This document shows positions 40,311-51,001 of a DNA stretch of 64,000 bases, piece by piece. The stretch lies in contig JAYWGM010000086.1 of NCBI GenBank assembly GCA_043778225.1, forward strand, positions 1 to 64,000, given 5' to 3'. Under the pieces are notes generated by a model that saw nothing but the letters and a program-made list of their open reading frames with translations, ran no database searches and had not been told where the DNA came from. A program made the translations under genes and the position numbers. The DNA comes from Deinococcales bacterium (GTDB lineage Bacteria > Deinococcota > Deinococci > Deinococcales > JAAFIG01). Positions within the stretch are counted from its first letter, which is position 1. Each line of letters starts with the position of its first letter.

Positions 40311-40967
40311 GTGTTTAGCTGTCAAGACCTTGGGGTCATGCCTTACCGCGAGGCATATGCTTTGCAACTCCGGACCCATGCACGGGTGGTGGCTGGCGGT
40401 ACACCAGAACTCTTGCTGCTCGAGCATCCTCGAGTCATTACCCATGGTCGTAAAGACTTGCAAAATACCAACCTTATTACCCCACTAGAGGTACTGGCGC
40501 AACTTGGCATCGAGGTCGTGGCAACCGAGCGCGGTGGAACTGCTACCTATCATGGACTTGGGCAATTGGTGGCTTATCCGATTTTTCCAGTCGGGCGACG
40601 TGTCCGAGATTTTTTAAGCCGCCTCGAGCAAGTCCAAATTCGGGTTCTGGCGCAGTATGGGCTAGAAGCTCGTCCCAACCCCGGTTATGCTGGTGTGTAT
40701 ATCGGCAACGATAAAATCGGTAGCATTGGTGTGGCTATTCGCCAAAATGTAGCGATTCATGGTCTGGCACTGAACATCAATACCCACCTAGCCGATTTTG
40801 ATTTGATTGTACCGTGCGGGCTTACAGACACACGCATGACCAGTTTAGAAAAAATCCTCGGGCACCCAGTGCCAATACTCGAGGTCAAAAAGTATCTACT
40901 CGAGGCTTTTATAGCAGAATTTGCGGGCTATAAATGGCTCGAGCAGTTGCGTGGTCTCGAGTTGTAA
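40311..40967 (+). CDS. lipB: Octanoyltransferase
   Basis: LLEHP.V.T.G, RGG.ATYHG.GQLVAYP, KIGSIG, HGLALN, IVPCG. Confidence 0.95.
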   Translation: MFSCQDLGVMPYREAYALQLRTHARVVAGGTPELLLLEHPRVITHGRKDLQNTNLITPLEVLAQLGIEVVATERGGTATYHGLGQLVAYPIFPVGRRVRDFLSRLEQVQIRVLAQYGLEARPNPGYAGVYIGNDKIGSIGVAIRQNVAIHGLALNINTHLADFDLIVPCGLTDTRMTSLEKILGHPVPILEVKKYLLEAFIAEFAGYKWLEQLRGLEL

Positions 40968-41006
40968 GTCAGCCGAACTGTCTCGAGTTGTAAAGCAGCC
41001 GAACTG
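40955..41006. repeat. 26-bp tandem duplication spanning the lipB stop codon
   Basis: TCTCGAGTTGTAA(GT/AG)CAGCCGAACTG x2 plus a partial third copy. Confidence 0.85.
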
Positions 41007-41056
41007 TGGTCGTAAAGCAAACAGATTTTCCCGCATAAAATTTGTACAATAACCAT

Positions 41057-41455
41057 ATGAATACCCAAGTTCCAGCTTTTATTCTCGAGCTTGCCGAAAA
41101 AGCTGCCGTGGCTTCGGGTGCAAAAGCGGTCTATTTATTTGGCAGTTATGCAAGGGGACAAGCCAAGCCAGACAGCGATGTGGATTTGCTGTTGGTCATG
41201 GATGACAACGCTAATTTACGCGATTCGAGTATTGCTGCCTATCAAGCGAGTCGTCCTCGAATCATTGGTGTAGATTTTATTGCCATGCACCAAACAGCCT
41301 ACCAATTGCGTCAGTCCATTATTGCTTTTGAGGTTGCTCGTGAAGGTATTTTATTGCTTCAAAATACTGATGCCATCTCCAAATTTCAAGACCAACAGTC
41401 TGTATTTATGACCACTTTTTCGCGGCGCTATCAAGCCGAGGTTGTCCATGGCTGA
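41057..41455 (+). CDS. Minimal nucleotidyltransferase (MNT antitoxin)
   Basis: YLFGSYARG...DSDVDLL. Confidence 0.9.
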   Translation: MNTQVPAFILELAEKAAVASGAKAVYLFGSYARGQAKPDSDVDLLLVMDDNANLRDSSIAAYQASRPRIIGVDFIAMHQTAYQLRQSIIAFEVAREGILLLQNTDAISKFQDQQSVFMTTFSRRYQAEVVHG

Positions 41456-41837
41456 TTCCATCAGTTGGCAAGATTGGTACGAACGAGCAGAGCGTCATTT
41501 TCAACGAGCCATGGATGATGTGATTGAATATCCAACTCAAGCCAGTGGCGAATTACATTTCGCCTCGGAATTATACTTAAAAGCAGTCATTTTGTTGACC
41601 CAACGTTTACCGGAACGGACTCATGTGCTTGAAAAGATTTTACAAAGTATCGATCCAAATTTGTCAATGACGGCTTTGGAGTTTGCAGCGGCTGATATGC
41701 TGACAAAAATTGGTTTTCAAGAACGTTATCCTGGGAGTTTTGACGAAATAAGTCCAGAAGAAGCTCAGATTATGCTCAATGCCGCCAAGGTACTTCGTGC
41801 TTATGCTCGAGAAAAACTTGGCTTGGAGAACTTATGA
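41448..41837 (+). CDS. HEPN domain protein
   Basis: W...A, E.YLKA, P.RTH.L, RYP, EEA; overlaps the MNT gene. Confidence 0.85.
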   Translation: MADSISWQDWYERAERHFQRAMDDVIEYPTQASGELHFASELYLKAVILLTQRLPERTHVLEKILQSIDPNLSMTALEFAAADMLTKIGFQERYPGSFDEISPEEAQIMLNAAKVLRAYAREKLGLENL

Positions 41838-42763
41838 TTAAACCTGCCCGTGAATACGATTTCCCTGTGGTCAAAGATGGTGTGCTGCACAAAAATGCTC
41901 CTGCTGTGCGTGAACCCAAACCAGACTGGCTAAAAGTCTCTTTACCAAGTGGCATTGGTTACTCGAGCATCAAAGATATTGTTGGTCGGCATGGTCTAGC
42001 CACGGTTTGCCAAGAAGCGATGTGTCCCAATATCGCCGAATGCTGGAGTGCTGGCACAGCCACTTTTATGCTGCTTGGCAGTGTTTGTACCCGTGCTTGT
42101 CAGTTTTGCGCGGTCAACACAGGCAATCCTCAAGGCAGGCTCGACCAGACCGAACCAGAACACATTGCCGAATCGGTCGAGTTAATGGGCTTAAAGTATG
42201 TGGTCTTAACCAGCGTCAACCGCGATGACTTACCCGATGGCGGTGCAGCCCATTTTGCACGCACCATAGAAGCCATTAAAGCTCGAGTTCCCAATGCCAA
42301 AGTCGAAGCCCTGACTCCCGATTTTCAAGGTCGTCTCGAGTCGGTCTATACAGTCATAGACAGTGGTATCGAAGTCTATGCTCAGAACCTCGAGACGGTG
42401 CGCCGTTTGACCCATCCAGTCCGAGACTCAAGAGCCAGTTACGAACAAACACTGCGAGTTCTCGAGTCGGCTAAAGTCTATAAGCCCAGCTTGTACACCA
42501 AAACCAGCTTGATGCTTGGGCTTGGCGAAACAAGGGATGAAATCCGTCAAGCGCTCTCGGACATTCGCAGCGCTAAAGTGGACATTGTGACTTTTGGGCA
42601 ATATTTACGTCCGACCAAAAACCATTTGCCAGTCGTGCGCTACCTACCGCCAGCCGAATTTGACGAGATTCGGATTGAAGCCCTTGAGTATGGTTTTCTC
42701 GAGGTCGTGGCAGGTCCTTTGGTGCGCTCGAGTTATAAAGCCGAACAGGTTTTGCAGGGCTAG
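41834..42763 (+). CDS. lipA: Lipoyl synthase
   Basis: [34 protein letters not shown]. Confidence 0.97.
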   Translation: MIKPAREYDFPVVKDGVLHKNAPAVREPKPDWLKVSLPSGIGYSSIKDIVGRHGLATVCQEAMCPNIAECWSAGTATFMLLGSVCTRACQFCAVNTGNPQGRLDQTEPEHIAESVELMGLKYVVLTSVNRDDLPDGGAAHFARTIEAIKARVPNAKVEALTPDFQGRLESVYTVIDSGIEVYAQNLETVRRLTHPVRDSRASYEQTLRVLESAKVYKPSLYTKTSLMLGLGETRDEIRQALSDIRSAKVDIVTFGQYLRPTKNHLPVVRYLPPAEFDEIRIEALEYGFLEVVAGPLVRSSYKAEQVLQG

Positions 42764-42801
42764 AGGTCAAAAGGTCAGAAGGTTAAAAGGTTAAGCAAAG
42801 T

Positions 42802-43401
42802 TCATCTGAGGCTGACCGTGCTTGGCTCGAGTTGCACCCCGTCCACAAACTTGCCATTGGCATCCACTGGGGTGAGGTTGGTCTCGGGGCTGCCCGCTAC
42901 GCCAAGCGCTGAGGTCACTTGGGCAACTTGCTCGGTTGTACCGATTGCCAGCACTGTAAAACTCGAGGGAATTGGTGCGGTGTTATCCAGCGAGGCGATT
43001 CTCACCAGCACGCTTTGCTTGACCACACTTTTTAAGGTTGCTGAAACACGGCGCGGCTCATAGCCAAGGATTTTGACGTTGCTTGGCGCGTCCACCCGCA
43101 CATCGCTCGAGAAAAAGCCATCGGGGCGATTATTGATGTTGATGCTGGCTTCGAGGTTATTGCCTTGGATTTGCTCGAGTTCGCCGCGAGCGCCTTGGAT
43201 TTGTAACCGAATGGTTTTGGGTAAGTCACGAATAATGCGGTTGTTGTTTAAGCCACGTACCTCGAGCGGGATTTCAAGTCCACGGGTCGCCGTGCTGCGA
43301 CGTTCGGCGGTGGCTGCAAACCAAAGTGCCACCGCAATCAGCAGCGCTCCTAATTTAGCCAGCCAATTCTCGAGTAACTGCTCGAGTAACTTAGCTGGCA
43401 T
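42802..43401 (-). CDS. cdaR: CdaR/YbbR family regulator
   Basis: NWLAK...L.IA..LW N-terminal TM and YbbR-like domain; directly downstream of cdaA. Confidence 0.8.
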   Translation of the reverse strand: MPAKLLEQLLENWLAKLGALLIAVALWFAATAERRSTATRGLEIPLEVRGLNNNRIIRDLPKTIRLQIQGARGELEQIQGNNLEASININNRPDGFFSSDVRVDAPSNVKILGYEPRRVSATLKSVVKQSVLVRIASLDNTAPIPSSFTVLAIGTTEQVAQVTSALGVAGSPETNLTPVDANGKFVDGVQLEPSTVSLR

Positions 43402-44206
43402 TGCCAACCTCGGGGTTTTGGGCTTCTTTAAGTTTTTGTCTGGTAAGGCTAAAGCGACCAACTCGTGGGCGAATCGATTTTTGCGCTGTGCTGCTCCGCA
43501 AACGTTCGCGCAACTCGAGAACCGTTAGGTCTGGGCTGAGGACACCACCTTCGGCAAGCCGCACCGAGCCGCGTTCCTCGGAGACCACCACAATCAAAGC
43601 ATCGGTTTGCTCGGATAAACCCAAAGCAGCGCGGTGGCGTGTCCCATAAAGGCGCTGTACCCCACTCGAGTCGCTCTGCAACGGAAACAAGCAACCAGCA
43701 GCCCGAATTCGTCCGTGCTGAACAATTACGCCACCATCATGTAAGGGTGTGTTGCGGGCAAAAATCGTCTCGAGTAAACCGCTTGAGACATCAGCGTCTA
43801 TTTTGATGCCACTGCTGGCGTAGTCACCCAAAGGCGTTTGGCGCTCGAGTGCAATCAGCGCTCCTGTTTTGCGCTCAGCCAACCATTCGACGGCTCGAGT
43901 GATTTCATTCAGCGCCAGCATTTGTGGCACATCTTCGGTTTGGCGTGGTCTACCAACCCGCTCCAAAACCGCTCGAAGCTCGGGTTGAAAAATCACAATC
44001 AAGGCAAAGACCCCAATCGCCGCAATTCGCTCGAGAATCGCATAGAGCGTGGTCAAGCCCAGCCAACGAGCCGTATATAAGAGTAAGCCAAAAACCACCA
44101 AGCCGCGCACCAAATTGAGGGTGCGAGAATCTGCCATAAGACGGTATGCCTGATACAAAAGTACCGTCACCAAGGCAATATCGAGAATGTCAAGTAAAGT
44201 AAACAT
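43391..44206 (-). CDS. cdaA: Diadenylate cyclase
   Basis: IFQPELR, GALI, TPLHDG, GTRHRAA. Confidence 0.95.
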   Translation of the reverse strand: MFTLLDILDIALVTVLLYQAYRLMADSRTLNLVRGLVVFGLLLYTARWLGLTTLYAILERIAAIGVFALIVIFQPELRAVLERVGRPRQTEDVPQMLALNEITRAVEWLAERKTGALIALERQTPLGDYASSGIKIDADVSSGLLETIFARNTPLHDGGVIVQHGRIRAAGCLFPLQSDSSGVQRLYGTRHRAALGLSEQTDALIVVVSEERGSVRLAEGGVLSPDLTVLELRERLRSSTAQKSIRPRVGRFSLTRQKLKEAQNPEVGNAS

Positions 44207-44308
44207 GAAAAATAAAAGTAAAATGCCTCAAAAACTCAAGACTCCTTTTCTATAGCCTACTCGAGAAACCAAAATTCTGCCTCGGGCAATTGGCGTAGGG
44301 CTGTATTC

Positions 44309-44320
44309 TTGCAGATGCAA
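44309..44320. promoter_or_regulatory. Probable Xre-RES operator over the promoter
   Basis: TTGCA-GA-TGCAA just upstream of TATATT. Confidence 0.4.
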
Positions 44321-44345
44321 TGTGCTATATTGATTTTGAAAGGTT

Positions 44346-44780
44346 GTGATTATGCTTAGTTTTTTTGAAACCCGAAATCAAATTGCCTTAAAAATCTTCC
44401 ATCTGCCCTTTAAGACAGTCGAGCAAGCTGTTTTGCAGAATAAACCTATTTCCAATATAACCCTGCCTAAATTAACCGAAGAGCTTGCGGCTATTTTAGG
44501 TATTGGCAAAACAGCCACGATTGGTCTACTCGGTATTAGCGTCTCACGACAATCCCGTAATACGGTCTTGAACACCGATATTTTAGACCGAGCCTCGAGT
44601 TATATCAGTGTTTTTGCTCGAGTTTCGAGTGTGCTTGGTGAAACCACTGCCAGAGCGTGGTTACAAAAACCAAAACGTGGCTTGGGTGGCGCTCTTCCAA
44701 TAGATTTATTACAAACTCGGCTTGGGTTAAGTCAACTCGAAGATATGCTTTCGGCACTCGAGGATGGTGCGTATCTCTGA
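44346..44780 (+). CDS. Xre/MbcA/ParS antitoxin
   Basis: A..WL..P...LGG..PIDLL.T..G...LE..L..LE.G. Confidence 0.85.
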   Translation: MIMLSFFETRNQIALKIFHLPFKTVEQAVLQNKPISNITLPKLTEELAAILGIGKTATIGLLGISVSRQSRNTVLNTDILDRASSYISVFARVSSVLGETTARAWLQKPKRGLGGALPIDLLQTRLGLSQLEDMLSALEDGAYL

Positions 44781-45238
44781 TTGTCACGCATCGTTTAGCT
44801 TTTACTGACAGCCTGATGTCTGCTTTTAAGCCGCGTGGCGCTCCTGCCCGTTGGAACTCGAAAGGTGTGATTATGGTCTACACTTCCGAACACCAGGCTT
44901 TGGCGGCGCTCGAGATTCTTAACTATTGGGAAGAATACGACCAATTAAATGGATATTTTGCGTACACCAGCACTTTTGATGCCAATTTGGTAGAAGCAGC
45001 AAGCTGGCATCCGACTGATTTATTGGACAAAAATAAAACTCAAGCCATTGGTGATGCTTGGATTGCGTCTCGATCCAGTGTGGTCTTAAAAGTCCCATCG
45101 GTGACTGTCCCTTTAGGAACAAACTATCTATTAAATCCAGAACATCCAGATTTTTATCGGGCTGTAAAACTCGAGGCACACGGGTCTTTTGGATTTGATA
45201 CACGAATTCAAAAACTGGTTTTGCAATCTAAACGTTAA
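44777..45238 (+). CDS. RES-domain toxin
   Basis: [34 protein letters not shown]; start codon uncertain (CTG proposed). Confidence 0.85.
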   Translation: MIVTHRLAFTDSLMSAFKPRGAPARWNSKGVIMVYTSEHQALAALEILNYWEEYDQLNGYFAYTSTFDANLVEAASWHPTDLLDKNKTQAIGDAWIASRSSVVLKVPSVTVPLGTNYLLNPEHPDFYRAVKLEAHGSFGFDTRIQKLVLQSKR

Positions 45239-46641
45239 ACCGCTTGAGCGAGGATGGCTCGAATCACTTCTGGATTGGCTTTGCCCCCCATTTCTTTCAT
45301 CACTTTGCCAAATAAACTGTTGACCGCTTTGGCGTTGCCAGCTTTGATTTGTGCCACAACGTCTGGGTTCTCGAGCAGGATTTTTTGCACTGCGTTCTCG
45401 ATGGCACGGCTGTCCGAGACTTGGCGCAGTCCGCGTTCCTCAATCAAAACTTCTGGGTCTGCACCGTTCATGACCTCGGTCAAAATATCCTTAGCCATCC
45501 GCCCAGAGATTGTGCCAGTGTCTATCAGGCTTAAAAGCGCCGCCAAGTGAGCGGGAGTCAAAGCAGTTGTATCAAGCCCGAGGTCGTGTTCATTGAGGTA
45601 GCCAGCAATATCAGCATTGAGCCAATTGGCAATTTTTGCGGCTTCACCCGTATAGATTTTTTTGGTGGCTTCAAAAAAGCTCGAGGTAACGGCGCTGTAG
45701 GCAATTTGCTCAGCATCGGCTTGGCGCAGCCCTAAGTTCAGATACTCGAGCATTTTTTGGTCTGGCAGTTTAGGCATCGTGGCTTTGATACGCGCAATCC
45801 AAGCCGCATCTATCTCGAGCGGTGGCAAATCTGGCTCGGGGAAATAGCGGTAATCGGCTTCACCTTCTTTGGTTCGCATTAAGAACGTTTTACCGCGCTC
45901 ATCGTCCCAGCCCATCGTGTCTTGGGTAACGACACCGCCACCGCGCAGCACTTTGATTTGCCGCTCGATTTCGTACTCGAGGCTACGCGCCACACTGCGA
46001 AAAGAATTGAGGTTTTTCACTTCGACTTTTGTGCCAAATTCGGTGTTCGGTAAATGCACCGAAACATTGACATCACAGCGCATTTTGCCTTCTTCGGGTT
46101 TGGCATCACCAATCCCAAGGGTTTGCACAATCGCTTGGATTTTTTGTAAAAATGCTCGGGCTTGTTCGGCATCTTCTATATCGGGTTCGGTGACCATTTC
46201 AATCAGCCCACAACCCGCCCGATTTAAGTCAACTAAACTGTAAGGCTTATCGTTTGGGTGAATCAGCTTACCCGCGTCGTTCTCGAGGTGGGCGCGTTTA
46301 ATTCGCACGGTTTGCCCCAAGACCTGTATTGTTCCGTCTCGAGCAATTGGGCGGTCGTACTGACTGATTTGAAAATTATGCGGGCTGTCGGGGTAAAAAT
46401 AATTTTTGCGGTGAAATTGGGTAAACCCCGAGACATCGCAATTTAATGCCAAGCCAAACATAATCGCGCTGTCTACAGCTTTTTTGTTGATTGTCGGCAG
46501 AACCCCCGGTAAGCCCAAACTAAATGGGTCGGTAAAGGAATTGGGCGCACCACCAAAGTAATCGGCACTGACACTCGAGAACATTTTTGAGTGGGTCGAG
46601 AGTTGAATGTGGACTTCTAAACCTATCACGGCTTTGTACAT
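45235..46641 (-). CDS. gatB: Asp/Glu-tRNA amidotransferase subunit B
   Basis: [45 protein letters not shown]. Confidence 0.97.
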   Translation of the reverse strand: MYKAVIGLEVHIQLSTHSKMFSSVSADYFGGAPNSFTDPFSLGLPGVLPTINKKAVDSAIMFGLALNCDVSGFTQFHRKNYFYPDSPHNFQISQYDRPIARDGTIQVLGQTVRIKRAHLENDAGKLIHPNDKPYSLVDLNRAGCGLIEMVTEPDIEDAEQARAFLQKIQAIVQTLGIGDAKPEEGKMRCDVNVSVHLPNTEFGTKVEVKNLNSFRSVARSLEYEIERQIKVLRGGGVVTQDTMGWDDERGKTFLMRTKEGEADYRYFPEPDLPPLEIDAAWIARIKATMPKLPDQKMLEYLNLGLRQADAEQIAYSAVTSSFFEATKKIYTGEAAKIANWLNADIAGYLNEHDLGLDTTALTPAHLAALLSLIDTGTISGRMAKDILTEVMNGADPEVLIEERGLRQVSDSRAIENAVQKILLENPDVVAQIKAGNAKAVNSLFGKVMKEMGGKANPEVIRAILAQAV

Positions 46642-46689
46642 AGCCTAAGTTTACCGTGTCTCGAGCTTGGATTTGTGTTTGAATATCCT

Positions 46690-48198
46690 ATGCAAACCAT
46701 TTTGTTGCTTCCTTGTGATACCCGCCCACCAACCCTCGAGTTGCCCTTGCAACTGGCAAAAGTGGTGGGGCTGGAAATGCGTGTTCCACCACTCGAAATG
46801 CTTAATGACCAGAATATCCCCGGAGACACCGCCGCTATTGCCGCTTGGCTGCTCGAGAATGCCGCCAGTGCCGATGCAGCAATTATCACGCTCGAGACCC
46901 TGTGCTTAGGTGGCATGATTCCAGCACGGCGGGTTTCAGATTCGCTTGAAGTTGCCTTAGCTCGGCTCGAGGTGCTGCGCCAAGTCAAGCGCATCAACCC
47001 CCAGATTAAACTCTATGCGTATGGCGTGATTGTCCGTGTGGCGCACGATAACGACCCACTCGAGGAAAAATCGTACTACCAAGAATTTGGCACAGCCTTA
47101 CGAAAAGTCTCTGAATGGATTGACCGAGTTGAACGCGGTGCAGATGACACCGAACTCAAAGCCGCCAAAAAAGCCCTGCCTACCGAAATTCTTGAGGATT
47201 GGCTCGGGACTCGAGAGCGCAATCATGCACTGCACCAACGCGCCCTTGAAATGCTGTCCGAAGGGATTCTCGAGCATTTGTGTTTAACCCTCGATGACAC
47301 CACGCCGTATGGCTTGGCAGCCCGTGACCGCCGCAGGCTCGAGGCGCGGATTGATGCGCTTGGGGTCTGGGAACGTGCCAATGTCTATCCGGGCGCAGAT
47401 GAGGTTGCGGCGGCACTCTTGGCAAAAGCCTTGGTGGACTCGAGTGGGTGCAAGCCCAAAATTTGGGTGCGTTACCCCAGCAGCCAAGCGCCCAACAGCA
47501 TCATGTTGTACGAAGACCGTCTGCTTGGCGAATTGGTCAAAGCCCATATTCGGTCGGCGGGTGGTGTCCCAGCCTCGAGCGCCAGCACCGCCGATTTGAT
47601 TTTGGCAGTCAACGCCCCAGCCATCAAACAAGCCCACCGCGCTTCGGATTTTGAGGTCGTGGACACCGCCAACCGCAACTTGGCTGCCTTTATAGATGAA
47701 ATCTGCGATGACTTAGCCAATCATCGAGCCGTCACAATTGCCGATGTCGCCTATGCCAATGGGGCAGAGCCACGTTTTGTGCGCCAACTCTTGGCTCGAG
47801 CCGATGTTACCCAGTTATTTGGCTTTGCAGCTTGGAACACGGCTGGAAATACCCTTGGCAGTGCGATTGCGGCGGGTATTTGTGGTTTGTATTGCACCAA
47901 CAAGACTGCACTTGCCGAAGCGACTTTCTCGAGACTGGTGGATGATTATTTGTACCAAGCAAAAGTGCGTTCCGAAGTGCGCCAATGGCTCGAGAACCCA
48001 AGCCCATTTGACTTGGGCGAATTAAAACCGATTGCCGAAGCAGAAATCGAAAAACGCATTCAGCCTTTGGCACTCGAGTTGTATACCCAGTATTTTGCCG
48101 AGCGACTCGAGAACACCAGCCTTGTTTGGCATGGCTCGAGTCTGGCTTGGAGTCGGTTGTTTACGGGCGTTTTTCGCTTGGAGTTTTTAGAGCAATAA
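46690..48198 (+). CDS. DUF4127 family protein
   Basis: P.D.RP, GG.I..R, DD, YPGADEV, ADVAYANG, WNTAGNTLG, W.RLF. Confidence 0.8.
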   Translation: MQTILLLPCDTRPPTLELPLQLAKVVGLEMRVPPLEMLNDQNIPGDTAAIAAWLLENAASADAAIITLETLCLGGMIPARRVSDSLEVALARLEVLRQVKRINPQIKLYAYGVIVRVAHDNDPLEEKSYYQEFGTALRKVSEWIDRVERGADDTELKAAKKALPTEILEDWLGTRERNHALHQRALEMLSEGILEHLCLTLDDTTPYGLAARDRRRLEARIDALGVWERANVYPGADEVAAALLAKALVDSSGCKPKIWVRYPSSQAPNSIMLYEDRLLGELVKAHIRSAGGVPASSASTADLILAVNAPAIKQAHRASDFEVVDTANRNLAAFIDEICDDLANHRAVTIADVAYANGAEPRFVRQLLARADVTQLFGFAAWNTAGNTLGSAIAAGICGLYCTNKTALAEATFSRLVDDYLYQAKVRSEVRQWLENPSPFDLGELKPIAEAEIEKRIQPLALELYTQYFAERLENTSLVWHGSSLAWSRLFTGVFRLEFLEQ

Positions 48199-49203
48199 TT
48201 GGGCTTTGACTTGCGGCAAGATATGCCCAAGCGAGGCTTCTTCTACAGCTTTGAGTGCTACCTCGAGCCGTTCGATGTCGGCAGCAGCAAAACTGCGTAA
48301 TTCGGCGGTGCTGTTGGGGTGCATGACCGCAATCCGTACCCATTGCCTTGCCAGCACAACATTGCTTTCGGTGCGAGCCGCTGCCACCAGTAACTCGAGC
48401 AGCAAATTGGCAGACTGAATCTGGCTGGCAATCTCGAGGGCTTCGAGTAAATTAGTTTTTGCTTGCCCGATTTTGCCTTGGGCAATTTGGGCATGACTCA
48501 AGTTTAATAAGGTATTGGAAATTGCCCATTTCGAGCCTTCAAGGCGCAACAAAATCAGGCTTTGCTGCGATAACTGCTCGGATTGGGCGTATTCCCCAAC
48601 CAACAAGGTACTCCAACTTAAACCGGTTAAACACAGCGCAATACCTTTTTGATAATCATATGCTTGATTGATTTTTAAGGCTTCTTGCAGCAGTTCGATA
48701 CAGCGCTGTTGCCGTCCAGCTTGCCCCTCGAGCCGCCCGAGCAAGGTCATGGTGCTGGCAAGGCGCAAGGGGTCGGCAGTTGTTTGCACCACCGCCAGCG
48801 ATTCCTCGAGTAAACCACGGGCTGTCGAATTATTGCCTAAGTAAAATTCGGTGTTTCCCAACCAATATAGGGCTTTAGCAAGGGTACTGGCGTGTTCTGA
48901 GCGCCGCGCCAAAACCAAGGCTTCTTGCGCCGTTTTCAGGACTTGGGCATAGCTCGACTTCCCGCCAGCCACCCGCACTGTGCCAACCATCGCTTCGGCT
49001 ATCCAACGCGGTTGCCCTAAGAGTCGTGCCAAGGCAAGGGCTGCCAAAAAGGCTTCCTGGGCAGCATCGTACTGGGCAAGGTCGTGCAGCAAATCACCAA
49101 TCGCTAAATAGATTTCTAAACGTTCAAAACTGTTTTGTGTGGCAATAAGTTGTGTCTGGGCTTGCGCCAAACGCCTCTGGAGTTGTTGGCTGGTCTGGTT
49201 CAA
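48187..49203 (-). CDS. Tetratricopeptide repeat protein
   Basis: MalT-like TPR helices; probable TTG start overlapping the upstream stop. Confidence 0.7.
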   Translation of the reverse strand: MNQTSQQLQRRLAQAQTQLIATQNSFERLEIYLAIGDLLHDLAQYDAAQEAFLAALALARLLGQPRWIAEAMVGTVRVAGGKSSYAQVLKTAQEALVLARRSEHASTLAKALYWLGNTEFYLGNNSTARGLLEESLAVVQTTADPLRLASTMTLLGRLEGQAGRQQRCIELLQEALKINQAYDYQKGIALCLTGLSWSTLLVGEYAQSEQLSQQSLILLRLEGSKWAISNTLLNLSHAQIAQGKIGQAKTNLLEALEIASQIQSANLLLELLVAAARTESNVVLARQWVRIAVMHPNSTAELRSFAAADIERLEVALKAVEEASLGHILPQVKAQLLL

Positions 49204-49574
49204 TTTAACGACCTTCCATAATAAGGGCAGTTTGCGCTGCGCTGAATCATGGCTGGACAACGCAATTGACTGGCTCGCATTGCCTCGAGTTGGGCTTCGG
49301 AAAGCATTTCTTGGCAGACTGGACAGCCAACTTTAATACTCATTTTTGGCATCACATCCACCGTCTTGGCTTGCTGCTGACTCGAGGACTGCCGATTTTG
49401 CTGACTCGAGAAATCTGCGCCGCGCACTGTGCCATCACGGACTTGACGCACAAACTTAAAAGCGTTGCGGGCGGTTTGGTAGATCTTTTGCCAGCGTCGC
49501 CAATAAGGGCGCAACCACCAAGCAAAGGCGGCGGCAACCAGCAAAAATAAAATCAGATTGATCAAAAGTCGCAT
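49200..49574 (-). CDS. Hypothetical protein, N-terminal TM and Cys cluster (CPVC...C...CP)
   Basis: Fits the operon; TAGACT upstream. Confidence 0.65.
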   Translation of the reverse strand: MRLLINLILFLLVAAAFAWWLRPYWRRWQKIYQTARNAFKFVRQVRDGTVRGADFSSQQNRQSSSQQQAKTVDVMPKMSIKVGCPVCQEMLSEAQLEAMRASQLRCPAMIQRSANCPYYGRSLN

Positions 49575-49615
49575 ATTTTAATAGTCTAAAACACTTCTGG
49601 CTCTAAAATTTGTGA

Positions 49616-51001
49616 TTATGACTCTGGTTCTTGACCAAGTAGCGTCTTGGGGTCGAGTTTGCCACGCCGTTCAATTGGCATCTCGAGCGCTCGAGCCAAG
49701 GCTTCCGAGCGGCTTTGCGGCACTAGCACTTGGCTGTGGCTATGCACATTGTCCGAACCCGGAAAACGCCCACCAGCAAACAGCCACGCCGCCAGCAGGG
49801 TCGCCAGTGGCACAGCCAGAATTAAACCAATGCTGCCAATTAAAGCATGAATAATTTCGGTAGCCACCAATTCTAAATTGATGGCTTGACTAAAATTCAT
49901 TTGCCCAAGTGTAAAAACCACCCAAAGCGGTAAACTCGAGCCTAGGTTTGCCAGCACCAAAGTGTTGATTAAACTGCCAATGTGGTCAAAACCAACACTC
50001 ATACCGCTCGAGTACAGTTTTTTCCAACCCAGATTTGGATTGATGTTGCTCAGTTCTCGCACCACCGCTGCCTGTGCCACAGTGCTGTCCACCAAAGCGC
50101 CAAGTGCGCCAATCAGGATTCCCGCGATAATCAAACCACGCAGATTGACGGTCACACCAGCCGACTGACTCATTTGTAAAATTAAAGCCCCTTCTTCGCC
50201 GCCCAGACCCGTTAAATGTGCCAAACTGGCAAAAACATTGGCAAGCACCAAGGTCAGAATGGCTGCCAGCACGGTCGCCAATAAACTCGAGTGGGCTGTC
50301 CAATTGATACCATGGACAAAATAGACACTGGCAGCCAAAATCGCACTCGAGCCAAGAATCGCCACCAAGACTGGATTAAAGCCACTCGAGATACCCGGCA
50401 CAATCAGCAATAAAATAATCGCCAAAGAAAACCCCATTGCCAGCACCGCTCGAATCCCTTTGCTGCGCCCAACAATCGCGGCAATCAGCACAAAAAGAAT
50501 CGCTAAACCCAAAAGTGGCAAACGGCGCACATGATCGTTGGCATAAAAAAGAAATTCGTTTTCGGGTCCAAGGGTTGGAAAAACCTCGATTGTGTCACCT
50601 GGGTTAAAACGCCTCGAGTCATCCTGAACTTTGGCTAATTTACCGCTTGCCAGGCGGACTTCAAGCACCTGTGGCTCTCGAGTGTCGGACGGAATCTCGA
50701 GGATGCGCTTGACTGTTCCCTCGAGATAGGTGGCATTTTCGCCGGGCGAAAGCCGATAAATAATCGCACCACTCGGCAGGGTTTGGGACACCACTTCGAC
50801 AGTCTCGCCAAGTTTGGCTGTGCCAAGGTCGTCTATGGCATTGACCAATTTTTTATTCTCGAGCCGCACTTCAAAATCTGCCCCACTGCCAACGGCGGCA
50901 GGACGCTCGACGATGCCTTTGACTCCAGCCGGTGGCTCGCCCGTGTCTTGGGCAAAACTGCTCGAGAACAAACACAAAACGAGCAATAAAATTTGAATCA
51001 T
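49616..51001 (-). CDS. YibE/F family membrane protein
   Basis: G..GIRA, GALGALVD, G..VG.DHIGS.INTL.LA..G, GSIGL..AVP. Confidence 0.88.
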   Translation of the reverse strand: MIQILLLVLCLFSSSFAQDTGEPPAGVKGIVERPAAVGSGADFEVRLENKKLVNAIDDLGTAKLGETVEVVSQTLPSGAIIYRLSPGENATYLEGTVKRILEIPSDTREPQVLEVRLASGKLAKVQDDSRRFNPGDTIEVFPTLGPENEFLFYANDHVRRLPLLGLAILFVLIAAIVGRSKGIRAVLAMGFSLAIILLLIVPGISSGFNPVLVAILGSSAILAASVYFVHGINWTAHSSLLATVLAAILTLVLANVFASLAHLTGLGGEEGALILQMSQSAGVTVNLRGLIIAGILIGALGALVDSTVAQAAVVRELSNINPNLGWKKLYSSGMSVGFDHIGSLINTLVLANLGSSLPLWVVFTLGQMNFSQAINLELVATEIIHALIGSIGLILAVPLATLLAAWLFAGGRFPGSDNVHSHSQVLVPQSRSEALARALEMPIERRGKLDPKTLLGQEPES

